DNA of 63,965 nucleotides, filler included, from Dirinaria sp. TL-2023a (Eukaryota): the NCBI GenBank assembly GCA_051941275.1. It is 3 parts of 3 records of this genome, joined end to end, with 100 filler letters (N's around TTAATTAATTAA, not from the genome) between each part and the next. Parts side by side here need not be neighbours in the genome. Positions count along the whole stretch, not along the records: positions 45,453 to 63,965 come from JAVEBF010000381.1; 2 more parts are not named here. One strand, written 5' to 3'. The translations under genes were made by a program, and so were the position numbers. Below the pieces are notes generated by a model. That model saw only the letters and a program-made list of their open reading frames with translations. It was not told the origin of the DNA and searched no databases. Positions within the stretch are counted from its first letter, which is position 1, and each line of letters starts with the position of its first letter. Of the stretch, positions 47,137 to 59,256 are shown piece by piece.

Positions 47137-49492
47137 TTACCAGTGCCCTTGAATTTCCATAGGATCTACACCGTCGCCTTCTTCAGACGCTGAGTCGTTA
47201 GTCATGTCTTCGTAATCCTCGTCCTCAGAGCCATCTTCGTCTTCTTCATCCTCTTCGTCTTCGCTACTGCCGTGCAAAGAACTTGGCATGTCGTGATCGA
47301 TGGGGCTATGCATTCCTAGTATATTAAGCTCCTCAAATTCATCGTCTTCGAGATTCATTGAATTCATACTCGGACTGCGAGAGGAGGTATTCTGGGTTGA
47401 TTGACCCGGCATACCAGGTGAGGCAGACCTTGTCACTCGTCGGGCGAGATGTGGTCCAATGTCGAGGGGATTCTGTAGAGCTGATACGGAAGTCCTTGAA
47501 CGACGTAAATGGCTTGCGGTTTGTGGATTCCTGCCACGAGACGGTGGCCTGGACGGCGGCCTAGATTCGGACGTTCCTTCGTCCCGCCTGATGTCAAGGC
47601 CTTCCATGGTTTGAAGAGCTTCTGCCGGCAATTCGTCCAAGTTCGGACCAGTCAAAATCCGGATTTGTGCCGTGTTGAATGATTTGCATCTGAGAAAAGG
47701 TCAGCCTGCTTGAACGTTTTATTTTTCTATTGGTACTTGCACTTCGCATCGAGTTCCAAGCCAATGATATTTGACGGTAGTTTTGGCACTGCAATCATTG
47801 CAATAGACCACCGCCTTAGTATCTTTGAACTGCGGTGGCATTGGTTGAAGGTCAATCTGCCTTTGTAAATTGTCGAATTGGATCTCCATGTTCACGACAC
47901 TCCTGCTGCAGATTGGACACTTGTAAGAGCTTCTCATATGCTCCCTGTAGCACTCATGGTGGATACTATGACCACATTGCATGAAGACCACGGTTTGCGG
48001 CGAGGTGAACATGTATTCGCCGCAAATCGGACAGTCGCAATGGATTGAGCGCTCAATACATCGATGAGAGTTTGCCATGCGTATGGAGAGACATACGCAG
48101 CAGGTCTTCACAATCGTCAACAATGCCAACCACAATTCAGTCCGCCCTGACCTTACTGACCTTGCAATGAAAGAAGTCTTTTCCAAGACCCTCACCAACT
48201 CGGCATATTCCACAATCATCGCAGTGATAAATGCTCCGTCCAGGATCATCGTCCCAGAGCTTACACACGCCACAATAATACCAAGCGGCCCTTTCCCCGC
48301 ACTTCTCGCAGACATCAGAGGCCTTTTGCGGGCAACCGCAGAACATGCATAACATATTTTTCGTCTCTCTCCGATTAAGAGAGTGATCTTCGACTTCATC
48401 GTGACAAAAGCGGCACGTGTACCAACGGCCACAGGCTGAGCATTGTAATTTTATATTTCGCTTGTAGTGGGCACAGCCAAAAGGCAATGTGCTCTCGTCA
48501 ATCTCGCTCGAATCGCCTTCTTCGTCTGGTATCCTCCTATCTGAATCTGGATGTGCAGAAGCCGTTTGATTCTTTGTGTACCGGGTAACTTTACGATCTT
48601 CGGCAGACACATGGAGAGTGAGCGGAGAACCGACCGGTGGGGATTGTAATGTTGGTGGCGATGTACCAAAATTAGGGAAGTTGATAGATATGATTGAACG
48701 AGGTGTAGGTGGCCTTTCGTGACTGATGGAGCTTGCCGGTGAGTTTGGCCCGAGACGAGGGGATTGTAGGCTTGGCTGTGATGAGTTATACTGCTCTGTC
48801 ATCAACGCATGCATCCGGCGAGATTTATCCTCTTGAGATCCTTCCGCCTTCTGTATCTCGAGTATCCGTTTCCGCATTATGCTCATTCCGTCATCTGCAG
48901 GCAATGTCCCATCGCCGCTACGAGTATTGCAATTGCTTGCACTTCCTTCTCGTTCTCGTCGAGACTGTCCGGTGGAAGAGATGCCTTCTGTATGTTCCAT
49001 CTCCACATCTTGGATCGACGGTGCTGAGCTGCTCACTGACGTAGCCTGAGACCGGAGACTCTGGGGTATGCCATGGGAAGGGTTGCTCGACGTTTCATCA
49101 TCAGCCAGTACCGTCTGCGCTCTTATCACACTCGCAGGCCCAGCATCTAGAACAACTTCCATAGAATCATGGGGATTGCTCAGCTCGTACTCCGACGGTG
49201 AGGGTACTGGGGTTTCTTGCGGCACAAGGTGTGTCCTGGTCGTGGTCGTGACATTTCCGTAGGTGAGTGTCGGCTCCCGAACGACTCGACCCCGTTCTGT
49301 GGTGCTCAAAGAGGTCTCTCTAGCACCTGGATCAAGAGGGTCCTCTATCGCGACCTCCTCTTGGTGCGATGTCGTCGACCCATTGCGGTTAGAGGATTGT
49401 GGGATGACGTGAGGGTTGTCGCTGTCGTTGCTTGAACGAGAAAGGCGGCGCAGGATTGGTTGGACTACGGATTCATAGATAGAAAGGCTCAT
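47137..49492 (-). CDS. CHY/CTCHY/RING-H2/zinc-ribbon E3 ligase (Pirh2/RCHY1-like), 3 exons
   Basis: GCAHYKRNIKLQCSACGRWYTCRFCHD (CHY), YYCGVCKLWD...IYHCDDCGICRVG, CPICGEYMF...CGHSIHHEC...YKCPIC (RING) and CNDC...YHWLGTRC. Confidence 0.93.
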
Positions 49493-50060
49493 GGGTAGAT
49501 AGTGGGATGGGTAACATGCAGGTTATAAGGATACATCTCCCGTGGTAATATCTTGCATTTTCCAAGTACTTTAGTCAGGTAAGGTAAGGTACGGAGTAAG
49601 GTAGCTTAGGTAGGTACTGTACCTTACCTTAGGGGACTACCTTATCTTTCTTACAGAGTACCTTGTTAGCTCTCGAAGCATGTGATAGAGAGGCTGGTTG
49701 CGACGAGGGTCCAGCCCTCTGATTGGCCGCGTCATGCGCCACGCAGGAAAGCGCGTATGGAAGCCGCGTCTCGGAACTTGTTGCCGAAATTCTTCAGATT
49801 GTCCTCCAGGTATCTTAAGGTCCAGGACGCTGATATTCAAATGCCATACCTTGGCTCCCCCTCGTCCGCGGTTTGCAGAAAAAATGGGACACTAAAGGCG
49901 CCAAGCCTCCATCAAAATGTCCCATTTTCTCTGCAAACCGCGAGCTTGGCTTATAGAAGCAATTGAAATGAGATCATGAGTGGAACAGGTCATGTATCTA
50001 TCGTCATAATGAGTCTACTCTACCTTAAGGCGCCCGTTTTTTGACACATTACTCTATTGT

Positions 50061-51842
50061 TTACGAATCCCGTCTTTGTGCCCTTTCATTCACAATGAAC
50101 AGCAAGGCCAATGCAACACCCAGGCCACTGAGCCCGATACCAGCATACCATGCGCCTCGGAAACCTCGAAGTGTGTCATCGCCGTTGCGATTGACGTGCA
50201 CCTCGACCGTGCCTGCGATACCCAAGCCTAAGGAGATGGAGTAATTGACAATAGTGTTTACCAATGATGCACCGAGGCCTTGGTGCTCCTTTGGCATCGT
50301 GTCACTGAGAATCAGCGTGCCGGCGGGGAAGCTCATGTCCATACCCCAAGGAGTTATGACGAGAGAAAGGAAAGTCTGGATCCAATAGCTCTGCGAGACA
50401 GGCGCCGTTGCAACGAGGACGTTTCCAACGCAAAAAGCTAGGAGTGCAATGGTCATGATGTACTCAGGGCGCATGCGACTAAGGAGGAAGCCCGTAGTGA
50501 CCGCAGCACAGAGTCCCGAAATGCCAGTCGGAATAGACATGGCTGCTGAGGTCCTGGGCGAGACTCCTCGAAGGAGCTCCAAGAACTGCCAGAGGTAGAA
50601 CAGCCTGAAGCATCAGCAGTCAGCGAATCTTTTCTATGCAAGATAATGTTGCCTCGGACCATCCGAGAACTTCACTCAAGAGACGGTTCTCGCTGCTCTT
50701 CTCAACAAAATAGATTTCAGTACACAAAGGAGAACAGGATTATTTACCAGATCCCAAAACTTGACCATCCTAAAGCGACACATCCAAGAACAAAAGCGAC
50801 CTTAGGCGAAAATGCTTCAAAAGGTATCAACGGTACGCTGACTTTTCGCTCAATGAGAGAAAAGGCGAAAAGAAAGCAAAAGCCAAGAATTAGCAGAATG
50901 TAAACGTAGGGTGTACTCCAGCCAACAACAGGGGCTTGGTTCCAGCTCACGTTGAGGAGGACTAAGCCTGCCACTCCAGTGATGGACCCAGCATAGTCGA
51001 ATGACCTGTCTATGGTGTTGTCCTGATGTTGCTGAGGTATAACGAAGAATGCTACGAACCCTCCTACACAGCAAGCAATGGCTAAGCAATAGTAGCCCCA
51101 TGACCACCCAACATGTTCAGTCAGGGTTGAAGCAAAGCCAGAGCCCACAATAAATCCCCAAGGAGCAGTGGCGCCGAACAAACTGAAAACCATTTCTTTG
51201 CGTCTGCCTTGCGGGTAGGTCCGTCCCAAGATAGCTACAGCATTTGGTAGCATCGTAGCAGGCCCCATCCCTTGTAAGGCACGGCAGCAGTCATAAAAAA
51301 TCTGCGAATGCGAGTAGACGGTCAACCCCGCCACCATGGACCATAACCCGTACCAGAGGTATCCAAGGATCAAAAGAAGTTTATGTCCATAGATATCACC
51401 AAGGCGTCCAGCAATAAGGATGAAAGTCCCGACAGTGAGGGAATAAGCTGCCACATCTTGAGAATCACAAAGTCAGCACCACCTTTCCCCACATCGTCAC
51501 CATAACGTGAAATAAGTTCCATAAGTACCACTGGCAAAATGGTCTTATGGCTCTTTGCAATTACCAATGGAAGCCGGTCAGAGAGGAAAAGATTTGCTCA
51601 CACCAACTGAGTTCGCCGGGATCTGTAGTACCGAAGCTCTTGCTAATAATGTGCAGCGGCGTAATGGTATTACCAAGGCTAGCCTGCGTTAGGAGCTGAG
51701 TAGAGCAGAGTACTATTACAAACGCTGTCTCGTGGATCAGAGGAAAAGGGGGCTTCGGCGAGTGACTTTTATGGGGCGACGTTTCTGCTAATTGCTTCTC
51801 AGCATCCTCGCTGAGGACGTTATCTGGTTCCGAAACGTCCAT
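50061..51842 (-). CDS. MFS drug:H+ antiporter-like transporter (DHA2/ATR1-like), 3 exons
   Basis: GELSW, AAYSLTVGTFILIAGRLGDIYGHK (motif A), RALQGMGPATMLPNA, FDYAG and GMDMSFPAG...HQGLGASLV. Confidence 0.92.
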
Positions 51843-52457
51843 TAAGTCCGTACTTGGATCACAGAGAGAAAGATGACTACAAATATACTCGTTGATATAG
51901 AGAAGCAAACAGAAGATCTCAGAGATCACAACGAATGATGAGGAGGTTGTATTTGAGAAATTGGATCATGCCCAGGAAATGTCCCATGGCTCACAGTGGA
52001 GCCGCTAGTCGCCACCTCACTCATGGCAGACGGGAGTGTTGGAAATTTGTATGCATAATCATATTGTATACAGTCAGCAAAGAAAAAGAAAACCAGTCCA
52101 AGTGCAGGATGGAATGGAAATGGCTTGATTAGGGATTTAAAAGCCCAAAGGGTCCACTTGCAGGATTATTATTGACGATTTGATGAAATCTTACTTTATC
52201 ATATCCCCAAACCCCGTGGAAATAAGGTGAGCGCGGAATTACTCCGTCAGGAGCAATCAAATCTGATAAGATAAGGAAAGGGTCATGCTTGGCAGTGAGG
52301 TCAGGTACTCGAGTACCTTTGTTCAGCACGCGTCCTCAATATCTAAGCAGATGAGATCAAATCCCGAATCAAACATCAAACATTGCCCAGCGGTATAAAC
52401 TGCGAGTTCACACCCATGTCGCGGCGCAAGTAAACCGCATCTCTAACCGTCCTCACA

Positions 52458-52811
52458 ATGCCCCCCTCTGGAAGCATCAGACAACAACAGACCGCCGCAC
52501 GCGAGGCCACCGATGTATTATTCGAAATCTCAACTCTTCTGGTATACCTACCTTATCTTATGGCCCCCATCTCGCACACTAACTAAACTGGCCACCTTTA
52601 GAACACACATCTCGACCGTCGGGCATTATCGTTATGCATCTCACTTATTGAGCACGGTGTGAATCCCGAGGCGCTTGCTGTGAGTTGCTTTTCTTTTTTT
52701 TTTTTTTTTTTCTTGTTGGATGAGGTGGGACAGGAGACGTTGATTGATTTATGTTGTCTGCAGACTGTTGTTAGGGAGCTGAGGCAGAAGAACCAACAGG
52801 CTCAGCAGTGA
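52458..52811 (+). CDS. MZT1: Mitotic-spindle organizing protein 1 (MOZART1), 3 exons
   Basis: [69 protein letters not shown]. Missed by the ORF track. Confidence 0.92.
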
Positions 52812-53027
52812 GTGTTGAGGCCTCCCTTGGGGATTACTGGGGCGTGCAGTGCGGGAAAGGGGTTTTTGGAAGTTGGTTCCATCGTAGGTACGCTGCGGTA
52901 AGACTTGGCAGCAGTCACATTTCATTGATTTTCACTAGGTATTGTACCTACGGTATGGAAGTACGCTTACTACTACGCTTTGGGTCTTCTTATCGGCCTC
53001 AAATCTTACCTTAAAGGGGGAACGTCC

Positions 53028-54572
53028 TTAAGGTTTGTTCACGAGCTTCTCCGTCTCTTTGTCTCTCGTACCAAAGCTCCCAGCTCTCTCGTGTGGCTCG
53101 AGCTTCTTGTCGCCCGATGAGCTAATATCTTCTGACATGGCCTCAGCGGCTGCTTGCTTCAACCGCTCGGTATCATCAGACTTGAGATCTTTTTTCTTCG
53201 CCTCTTCATCGTCGCTATCTCCTAAGCTGAATGGATCATGGTCAGCAACAGGGCTTGGATCAATTGCCGCCAGAGGCTGCCATTTGCTAGCTTTGCCGCC
53301 GGGGGGCGGCGATCGTGTGTTAGGGTCTGATGTCGGATGAGACTGTACACCAATCGTCTCAGGCGGGCCATCCTGAAATGATACTCGACGACCACCTTGA
53401 GCTTGAGGACGCGGTGGAGTTGGCTTGAAGAGGTCAGGGTTCGCTAACGGGCGGCTTGACCGGCGCTGCGGTGCTATAGAAGGTCAGCCAATCCCGATGA
53501 GACCGATAGGCGGTTACTGTACCTTCAGTGTCACGCAGCTGAAGACCCGTCAAGTCATCGCCAAGCACTTGCGGATCAGCATCGTATCGGTCGTGATCTT
53601 GACTTCGCCTTTGGTAGTCGCTGCTCCTTCTGGCCCCATATTGAGGCTGTCGGTAGCCCGTCGCTGGCGCTGGAGCTCCTTGCAAATCTTCATCGTTTTC
53701 ACCATCTATCTTCTTTCGAAGGTTTGTAACCCAGCTATTGACCTTTGACTGAGTTTCTAGAAAGCCTTTCTTTATATTGTCGCGAATTACAGGCAGGTCG
53801 TCTCCATACTTGTTAGCTGAAGCTCTGCTGCAATCCTGCCGTAGCACATACCATCGATGAAACTACGCTCACGTTCGTCGTCATAGATATCCCCTTGTCT
53901 GGATGATTGCCGTTGGCCGAGAGGCGCAGCGCTTCGTTGGGCTCGTGACGCAGTCCGAGGGGCTTGGTATGCCGCCGCGCCATTGTAGTGTTCTGCCAGC
54001 TGTCGAGCGTATTGTTCGTCGGCAGCGAGCTGGCTTTGTGCTGTGGAGGTCTGGTTCATAGGCGACTGTGCTCTCCTAGGAGGCTGCGGAGGAGGGGTAG
54101 GTTCTGCCTGGGAGTCCGGATCCGACATGCCTAAGCGCGGTCAGACGCTGATGCGAGAGGCGAAATTGCTCCGATATTACCAAGAAGAGCGTTAAATGCT
54201 GGCTCCACGCTGCCTCCACTTGCTCGTAGCACAGCCCTAACAACAGCAGCGTCGATATTTGGGAAGGCTTCCTTCAAGGTGTTTTCGGCTTGCTGCATTG
54301 GATTTCCTGGGCGTGGGGGCTTTGGTGGAGGAGCATCTTCGCCTGAGCCAGAAGGCAGCACTTTAGATGCAGGCTCTTTCTTTGGTGTTGATGTTCGTGG
54401 TGGTGGTGAAGCTGAAGTTTCGTGAGGCTCATCATCGAAATCAAGCTCTCTGGCTGTAGTTGGAGACTCTGGAGGCCCATTCGCCTTCTACGATTTGTTA
54501 GGAGAGAATTCAAGAAATCCTGCTAAGCATTCAATCTCGGAGTCAACATACTGATTTCTCGTTATCGGCCAT
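53028..54572 (-). CDS. CUE5: CUE-domain ubiquitin-binding protein (Cue5-like), multi-exon
   Basis: LKEAFPNIDAAVVRAVLRASGGSVEPAFNALL (CUE domain), QLAADEQYARQL, DDLPVIRDNIKKGFLETQSKVNSW and a C-terminal WQPL...DHDPFSLGDSDDE. Confidence 0.85.
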
Positions 54573-54986
54573 GGCTGAAATCTTTGGCTGAACAGTTGTT
54601 GATGCTAAGCATCCTTGGTTCAGGATGTGGTGCAAAGTTGCGTCAGATGCTAACTATGTAGGACATTCAGCCTTACATTAGCCGAGCTTGTCCCGAACTT
54701 TACCCGCCATGAATTAGATCTGGTTATTGTGTTTGCATCTCCAGGGCATTCCATGGTAATAGAAGTCTTCATGCATATCATAGTCAAGACTGGTTCATTT
54801 TATTTTGTGTCTGCTCTTTTCCTTGTCAAGCTGTTGACACATTATGAAAAGGGTTTAAAAATTTGTGCAGATTCTAAAGTCCTTAATTCCAGCTGCAGTT
54901 TCATTTGAAGGGTCCATTTCAAATTTATCCATGGACGGACAAATGTCTCTGCTTACATTGAAGTTCGATGGATGAATTCCCTAGCC

Positions 54987-57125
54987 ATGGCTACTGACTT
55001 CGATGTTTCCTCTTCATACATTCCTTCTCTTCACAAACCATCATCTCTACTGCCTATCGCTCGTCATCGTCAGAGCCTGCTCTATCTTATTGAGGCATTC
55101 CCAGTCACCATTGTTGTCGGGCAGACGGGCAGTGGGAAGACGACACAGTTGCCGCAATTCTTAGAACAGGCAGGATGGTGCGAAGAAGGCAAAGTTGTGG
55201 CGGTGACGCAGGTAGGCAAGTCTACCCCTCTACTTACAGTAGGCCGGTTCTTCTTAGTATTAACTCTGTCGAGTAGCCGCGAAGAGTTGCTGCTACTACT
55301 GTGGCCGCCAGAGTGGCTGAAGAGATGAACTGCAAGCTGGGTGAAGAAGTTGGCTACTCGATCAGATTCGAGGATCTGTCGAGTGCTACAACTCGAATCA
55401 AATTCCTGACAGACGGTCTACTACTTCGTGAAGCGTTAGCAGATCCTTTGCTATCAAGATATTCTGTGATTATGGTCGATGAAGCACATGAGAGATCTTT
55501 GAGCACTGACGTCTTGCTTGGCGTCCTGAAGAAAATCAGGAAGCGAAGACCCGAGTTGAGAATCATTGTTAGTAGTGCAACTCTCCTGGCCGAAGACTTT
55601 CTGCGGTTTTTTGCCAGTGAGGATGCCCCGGCATCTCAAGGAGATGTCCAAATTGGAGGCGATGTTGCACGGATCATCAGCTTAGAAGGCAGAATGTACC
55701 CAGTTGATGTTCACTATTTGGAGGAGCCTGCAGAAGATTACGTCGAGCGGGCCGTAAAGACAGTCTTCGATATACATTCCGATGAACCCGATGGAGACAT
55801 TCTGGTTTTTTTGACAGGGCGAGAAGAAATTGACACAGCTGTACAAATGATTGCGGACCGGGCTACTTCCTTGCATGCTCGCGCGCCCGCAATTCTTGCT
55901 TTACCTCTCTATGCAGGGCTTACGACCGAGCAGCAGCTTTACGTCTTCGAACCTGCGCCGGAGAATACAAGAAAGGTCATTATTTCTACCAACATTGCAG
56001 AAGCTTCAGTGACCATCGATGGTATTGTCTATGTGGTTGACTGTGGATTTGTCAAACTCCGAGCGTTCAATCCAAAGATTGGTATTGAGACACTGACGGG
56101 GACCCCAATTTCTAAGGCCTCTGCAACGCAGCGAGCTGGCCGTGCAGGGAGGACAAAGCCAGGAAAATGCTACCGATTGTATACAGAAGCTGCGTACACG
56201 AATCTTGTAGAAGCGACGATACCAGAAATTCAAAGATCTAACATGGCACCAACGATCCTGCAATTGAAAGCGTTAGGCATCGATAACATTCTCCGATTCG
56301 ACTTTTTGACTTCTCCTCCGGCCGAGCTCGTCATTCGTGCATTGGAGGTCCTCTATTCGTTAGGCGCGCTGGACGACTATGCGAAACTGACGAGGCCTCT
56401 CGGCATACGCATGGCTGAGCTCTCTGTGGAGCCCATGATGGCTAAGGTTCTTCTCTCTTCATCCGATTTTGGCTGCCTAAGTGAGATATTGTCGATTGCA
56501 GCAATGATCAGCCTACAAGGTACAGTGTGGTTCCATCACGAGGGCGAGAAAAAAGCAACAGAGACAGCTAGGCGGAAATTTGCTGTCGAGGAAGGGGACC
56601 ACCTTACGCTTCTGAACGTTTACCAAGCATTCGTCACCAAAGGCAAAAAGGAGTCGAAATGGTGTCGTGAAAACTTACTCAATTTCAAGTCCATGACGCG
56701 AGCTGTCAGTATCCGGAACCAGCTTAAAAGATATCTAGAACGGTTTGGCATCAACGTTGAGGAATCGCTCGCTCCACGGAAGAACCCAGAAGAAGCGGCT
56801 AATAAAGGAGAGCAAATCCGGAAATGTCTGACTAAGGGATACTTCGCAAACGCGGCAAGAATGCAACGGGATGGCTCATTCACAACAGTCAACGGAGGAA
56901 CTGTATTGCACGCTCATCCGAGTTCATTGATGTTTGTAAGTTATGTCCTGGTTCAATGAAGACCAAATGAAGCTGAAGCTGCTATAGAACAGGAAGGCTG
57001 ATTGGGTCATCTTCCATGAGATATTGGAGACTGGCAATAAAACATATATCCGGGACATTACGAAAATCGAAAAAAGCTGGTTGCTCGATGGCTCTTTGTC
57101 GACATATTACCAAATCAAAAAGTAA
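54987..57125 (+). CDS. DHX35: DEAH-box RNA helicase DHX35-like, 3 exons
   Basis: GQTGSGKTTQ, TQ|PRRVAA, DEAHER, SAT, STNIAEAS and QRAGRAGR motifs plus HA2/OB regions. The N-terminus is short, as in DHX35. Confidence 0.85.
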
Positions 57126-57431
57126 ACTCCAATGGAATAGAGATATTTTCTGCCAAAGGGTGGTCGACAGATTGCTCCGTGTGAAAGACTTTCTGAATTC
57201 GTGTAGAGATCCCGGTTATCTATTTATGAGCATAATCCAGTATTCACTGGGCCATTCAAAATAGATGAATGTGAATTGAAACCACAGATGAAGAGCCTGT
57301 ATTCACATTTCTCCCTCCCACCGCTGACGTGATTCGTATAAATCCGAGAAGTCATCCAGTCATACCACACTTTTGTTCTTTTTGAGGGACTTTTTGGATA
57401 GCCAAGCCTTTTTTGGGCCTCGAAACTGAAA

Positions 57432-58164
57432 ATGTCCCACGAACACTCCCACGCTCACGGTGACCACGGTCACCATCACGATGGCGATGACCATGGCCAT
57501 GATCATTCTGATGAAATCACACCTGCCCTTCAAACCCTTATCTACAAACAGATTGATTTCGATAAAGTCCGAACTTTGAACGAGAGCGAGCCTAATGCCG
57601 GGGCACAAGTCGTTCAGAAGACATGGGCCCAACGGATGGAAGCCGAACCCGAACTTGTGAGCGATGCAGATGAGCAATTGCTCATGTTCATCCCGTATGT
57701 AGACTTTTCCCTCCGGATGTTTGTCGTCGGAGAAATCCTGATGAGTACCTTTTGCCAGCTTTACCGGCTCACTAAAGCTCCACTCGCTGCTCATCCGCAC
57801 CTGCTCCGACTCTTCAGCTCCCAGGACACTCAAGATTTTTTCCAACAAGGACGACCTTGATTTTTCCGGAGCTAGCGATCTTGCTCCTACCCAGTCTTTC
57901 GAGCTGGCTCAAACGGCGGACGTCCAAGAGTATGCCGTCAAGCGGACGCTTTTTGGAAATACCTACAGCTTGACCCTCTTTATCGAGGATAACTTTGGGG
58001 ATGAGGTCTCTCGCGTCTTCTGGATTGGTTTCAAGGGCGAGTTCATGAACCTCTCCCGGGAGCCTGTGGAGGTGCTTTACGAGAAAGCTGCCAATCCCAA
58101 AGATCACGTCTTAGCGTCAGGCGTGGGAGAGAAGGGGATGAGTGGAACTCGACATGGTATGTAG
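57432..58164 (+). CDS. PITH-domain protein (PITHD1-like), intron 57695-57758
   Basis: His-rich N-terminus, IDFDKVRTLNES, SDADEQLLMFIP|FTGSLKLHSL and LTLFIEDNFGDE...YEKAANPKDH. Confidence 0.92.
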
Positions 58165-58383
58165 TGAAGCTTGGATCGAGAGACGGGTGACGACAGATGA
58201 AGGTTATCAGGCAGCTTAGCCTGTGGTTCTTGATGAGTGTACAATACTTAATATATGTGCATCAAGATACTCAGTATCAAAAATCTACAATCAGCTATAA
58301 GATGCTTAAGAGACTATGAACTTGTTCTCCCCCTTCTAAAAACGCCGCCGCTATGCCCATGTAATCGACATCTATGATCAATG

Positions 58384-59083
58384 TCAAGCTGCGATTGGCC
58401 TGGCCGCCGGTGCCAGGTCTTCTTCTCTTGCGCTTGCTTTTGCCATGACTTTCTGTCCCCTGACCCGGTCCTTCGTTACCTCAAGCTCCGTTGTAGGCGC
58501 AGCCGGATAGGCGACTTCTTCATCTTCCCTTACGCCACGAGTCTGTCGCTCTAGCGCCTCCAATTCATCCTCCACTTCGTCTTCATCCTGATTCGATATC
58601 TGCCCTTTCAGCATATCACTGATTTCTTGCTGATAGGCCCTTGCATCCTCGCTCTCGCCCATCAACTTTTCCACGTTCTCGATACCGCCCATTTCTGCAT
58701 GGATTTGCTTGAGCACGCTCGTCCCTTGTTGTAGCCCGAACACAACATCTTTCTGTACAAGTGCGAATTCGACGTTGCTCGTCAGCTGCTCCAGGGTTTC
58801 GAGCTGAGCGTCCGTTTTGGCGAGAAGCGATTCTTGGAATTTCTTGCGGCGGAGTGCGAGGAGCGCTTTCGACTTGTCACCACGGACTAGACATGCCTTG
58901 GCCACAGCAGTCTCTCGATCGGTTATGGCTGTTATGCGCTTCTGATATTGATGGAGTTTATCGCGCTGGTTTTTCATGTCCAGAATTGCTCTACAAGATG
59001 GTTAGAAAGCCCCCACGAATGGTCTGCACGCCTGCGCACCTATCCTGTGCGGAGACCTGATGTGAACTGGAGCTATTTCCCAT
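58384..59083 (-). CDS. VPS20: ESCRT-III Snf7-family protein Vps20/CHMP6, 2 exons
   Basis: Myristoylation-type start MGNSSSSHQVSAQDR|AILDMKNQRDKLHQYQKRI...ALLALRRKK...VEFALVQKDV. Confidence 0.93.
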
Positions 59084-59184
59084 GGTGGCATATTGCCTGA
59101 AACAGATTTCTAAGAAAGTTGAGAGCTGCAAGTTACGCTCTTGTCAAGCTATCGGCGATGTTCTACGTTGATCTAACCCTCAGC

Positions 59185-59206
59185 TAGCCCTTATCGATAA
59201 GGGCTA
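59185..59206. promoter_or_regulatory. Perfect 22-bp palindrome in the VPS20/RIX7 divergent promoter
   Basis: TAGCCCTTATCGATAAGGGCTA equals its own reverse complement. The regulatory role is inferred from position only. Confidence 0.55.
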
Positions 59207-59256
59207 AACTCAACATTTCTCACGAATCAATCCTGATGCCACACTCTCCAAGTCCA

